A DNA stretch of 26,953 bases from positions 1 through 26,953 of the IMG/VR virus record IMGVR_UViG_3300012200_000014; one strand, given 5' to 3'. Every line of letters starts with the position of its first letter. Positions within the stretch are counted from its first letter, which is position 1. The notes beneath the pieces are model-generated. The model saw only the letters and a list, made by a program, of their open reading frames with translations, was not told the origin of the DNA and ran no database searches. The stretch comes from a virus (lineage: Duplodnaviria > Caudoviricetes). Positions 24,910 through 26,953 of the stretch are shown here, one piece after another. The position numbers were made by a program, and so were the translations under genes.

Positions 24910-25366
24910 CTGATCGTCCTCTCTCTTTCTGTTCGAGCAGCTTCGCGACCGCCACCGAGTGCTCCATGTCGCCGTCGGTTGCGACGAACAGCCGCGCCAG
25001 GCGACGGGGGTCGATCTTGGTCGCGAGCGTCTGCTCGATCTCTTCCAGCTGACGGTCGTTCCAGACGTGCATCTCGACGCCGGCGTCGCGCAGCGATTCG
25101 ATCCAGTCGACCTGCGTCGCCGTCGGCTTGTTCGGCGCCAGCTTCAGCTCGGCGCAGAGCAGCCGTTCGCGCACGCAGACCATGTCCGGGAAGCCGGCCG
25201 CGTCCTTGTCGGGGATCGCGACCGCCTGATCGCCGCGGCGCACGAACTTGATCGTGTTGCCGAAGTGCGCGACCTTCCAGTCGTGGAAGAGGGCGCACTC
25301 GATGAACCAACGGGTGAACTCGCGCTCGGTCCGGAAGGGCCGCTCCTTCTTCTTCTTCGCGGCCAT
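24902..25366 (-). CDS. VRR-NUC (PD-(D/E)xK) nuclease, 154 aa
   Basis: TEREF...AGFPDMVCV...AELK...PTATQVDWIESL...VW; ATG at 25366 in a TGATG overlap. Confidence 0.85.
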   Translation of the reverse strand: MAAKKKKERPFRTEREFTRWFIECALFHDWKVAHFGNTIKFVRRGDQAVAIPDKDAAGFPDMVCVRERLLCAELKLAPNKPTATQVDWIESLRDAGVEMHVWNDRQLEEIEQTLATKIDPRRLARLFVATDGDMEHSVAVAKLLEQKERGRSDD

Positions 25367-25590
25367 CAGTTGTTCTCCGCCGCCTCGGCGGCGACCATCT
25401 TGAAGAAGTCCGCCACGAGCCGGACCAGGACGTCGGTCGCGTGCATGTCGTAGCGCTCGCCGAGCGTCTTGGCGCTGTCGACGATCAGGCACGTCAGGAT
25501 CTCGTCGGAGAGGCCGTCGAGCGCGAACAGGTAGACGTCAGGGAGACCCTCGGCGTGCTCGACCGTATAGCTGAGCTCGAGCTTCGTCAT
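25366..25590 (-). CDS. Hypothetical protein (74 aa)
   Basis: Overlaps both neighbours; high GC3. Confidence 0.65.
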   Translation of the reverse strand: MTKLELSYTVEHAEGLPDVYLFALDGLSDEILTCLIVDSAKTLGERYDMHATDVLVRLVADFFKMVAAEAAENN

Positions 25591-25703
25591 CGGCGCACCC
25601 AGGAAGTCAGCGCTGCCATCCGCTGCGCGGCAGGCTCGCCGCGGACGATGAAGATCGCGCCGCTCCAGACGTTGCGGTAGACGAAGGTCACGCCATCGCT
25701 CAT
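25587..25703 (-). CDS. Small hypothetical protein (38 aa, MSDGVTFVYRNVW...)
   Basis: ATGA overlaps at both ends fill the gap exactly. Confidence 0.55.
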   Translation of the reverse strand: MSDGVTFVYRNVWSGAIFIVRGEPAAQRMAALTSWVRR

Positions 25704-26401
25704 GCCGCCACCTTGATGTCGCGGGCGAACTCCTCCCGCCGCTGCATCACCCAGGCGAGCGTGTGCACGAGCGCCCAGTAGCGCCGGTTGCGCTCGGCCC
25801 AGTCGCCGGCGCCCAGCATCAGCGCCACCTCGTCGACGAAGGTGTCGAGGATGTCGGCACCCCGCTCGGCATCGTCGGGAACGGAGACCGTCCAGGACTT
25901 GCGGCGGCGGCGGGGCTCGAGCGGTCCGGCGGATCGAGCCCCGTGCCGCCGCTTCGTCTGCCCACACAGCGGGCAGTGCTCCGACTCGTCTGAGCCCTGG
26001 CCGAGGGCTCGCTCAGAGAGCGTCTCAGGCGTCGGAGGCTGCGGGTCGAGTGGGCCGACCCTGTGGAAGTCGAGCGAGCGCTCGTCCTCGGTGATCTCGC
26101 ACCACCAGAAGACGCCGCTTGCAACGTCGAGCCGGATCGCAGCCCTGTGCCCGCCGACCTTCCCGGTGATGTCGTCGTGGCAGGAGGCGCAGAGTCCGGT
26201 CAGGTTGCCGCGCCGCACGCCGTCGATCGCCACCCAGGGGAAGGCGCCGGCGAGCATCGAGCGGCGGAAGATGTGGTGGGCGTGGTCGGCGAAGTGCCGG
26301 CAGCCGGGCTTGGCGCAGTAGGGCCCGACCTTGTACGGGCTGCCCGCGACCCCGACGGCGAGATGATGGCGGTCGGCGACCGCGAGCGGCGAGAGCGTCA
26401 C
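25700..26401 (-). CDS. HNH-family endonuclease with an extra C-terminal domain
   Basis: CAKPGC...DHAHHIFRRS...NLTGLCASCHDDI, with a later CPLC and basic stretch. Confidence 0.75.
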   Translation of the reverse strand: MTLSPLAVADRHHLAVGVAGSPYKVGPYCAKPGCRHFADHAHHIFRRSMLAGAFPWVAIDGVRRGNLTGLCASCHDDITGKVGGHRAAIRLDVASGVFWWCEITEDERSLDFHRVGPLDPQPPTPETLSERALGQGSDESEHCPLCGQTKRRHGARSAGPLEPRRRRKSWTVSVPDDAERGADILDTFVDEVALMLGAGDWAERNRRYWALVHTLAWVMQRREEFARDIKVAA

Positions 26402-26754
26402 AGCAGCAGCTCCGCTTCGAGTCGGCCGCGCTCGGTCAGGACGTAGACGAACGACTTCGCCTTGTGACGCGCCGGCCGTCTCGAGGCCCGCAGCACCGTC
26501 GGGCGGATCAGGTAGCGCTTCTGCAGCGTGTTGAAGGCGATCCCGATCCCGTTCGCTTTCGTGATCGGAAGGTGGTCGACGTCATCGGCGTGCACCTCGC
26601 CCTGCCTGATGCAGCGGCGGAGGATCGTCTCGCGCAGCATCTGCTGCTCGTTCGGATACCAGTCGTCGTAGAGCGTCCTCGCCGAGTCGACGGTGTTCGG
26701 GGGCTTGGGCCCACCGCGTCCGCCGACGCCGTAGTCGGAGGCGTCGAGGCTCAT
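26398..26754 (-). CDS. Hypothetical protein, possibly winged-HTH (118 aa)
   Basis: ATG at 26754 with GGAG upstream. The helix IGIAFNTLQKRYLI and wing-like VYVLTERGR suggest a winged HTH. Confidence 0.6.
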   Translation of the reverse strand: MSLDASDYGVGGRGGPKPPNTVDSARTLYDDWYPNEQQMLRETILRRCIRQGEVHADDVDHLPITKANGIGIAFNTLQKRYLIRPTVLRASRRPARHKAKSFVYVLTERGRLEAELLL

Positions 26755-26861
26755 CGGTCCCACTTCTCCCGCCGTGATTGCCCGTACAGGTTCGCCGCCC
26801 AGTCGAAGACCGAGACGAAGAGGACGCCGATCGCGATCCCGACCAGGAGCGCCCAGATCAC
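26751..26861 (-). CDS. Small membrane protein (36 aa; not in the ORF track)
   Basis: GGAGG RBS, GTG start, MIWALLVGIAIGVLFVSVFDW...; 4-nt overlaps at both ends. Confidence 0.6.
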   Translation of the reverse strand: MIWALLVGIAIGVLFVSVFDWAANLYGQSRREKWDR

Positions 26862-26953
26862 TCGTCCCCCTCCGCCGGACGAGAGAGCACACTCACGATG
26901 ATGCGCGGGCAGTCGTCGTCGGTGCAGACGAGAACCCTGTCGTCGTCGCAGTC
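26858..26953 (-). CDS. 3' end of a gene truncated by the window edge
   Basis: Open frame DCDDDRVLVCTDDDCPRIIVSVLSRPAEGDE* overlapping the next start. Confidence 0.45.
   Translation of the reverse strand, partial: DCDDDRVLVCTDDDCPRIIVSVLSRPAEGDE

Larger units (their letters stand above)
1..26953. mobile_element. Temperate podovirus-like phage, non-integrated (attP) configuration
   Basis: Virion, lysis, integration and early modules only, with no host genes. attP is intact between convergent operons. Confidence 0.9.

Overview
High-GC temperate phage segment; the host is probably an actinobacterium, which is inferred and not shown. The + strand (1-20293) is a podovirus-like virion operon: scaffold, DUF5309/SU10-type major capsid, decoration/fibre proteins, CHAP endolysin and candidate holin, adaptor, nozzle, collar-domain fibre, three ejection-type proteins (one of 2031 aa) and an SLT/peptidase hydrolase. 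An intact attP follows, made of the 5' half of a tRNA-Ser(CGA) flanked by TGGCT(A/T) arm repeats. The - strand then carries a tyrosine integrase and early genes (VRR-NUC, HNH, small ORFs). The main discovery lies between the early genes and the integrase. A stand-alone 215-aa RAMP/Cas7-like gene (22769-23416, -) is followed directly by a ~590-nt non-coding array of three tracts of 4-nt GG-NN units separated by conserved hairpins. Reading only the NN dinucleotides as codon positions 1-2 spells helix-turn-helix (HTH_17/excisionase-like) motifs such as LGVSP[QH]TVYRLVR[ED]G[QH]LRLV[KN]. This suggests an RNA-guided system that recognises DNA through a gapped, wobble-skipping code. It resembles the VIPR systems as I recall them, but with a 4-nt rather than 5-nt period. 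All family calls come from motifs read by eye; no searches were run.
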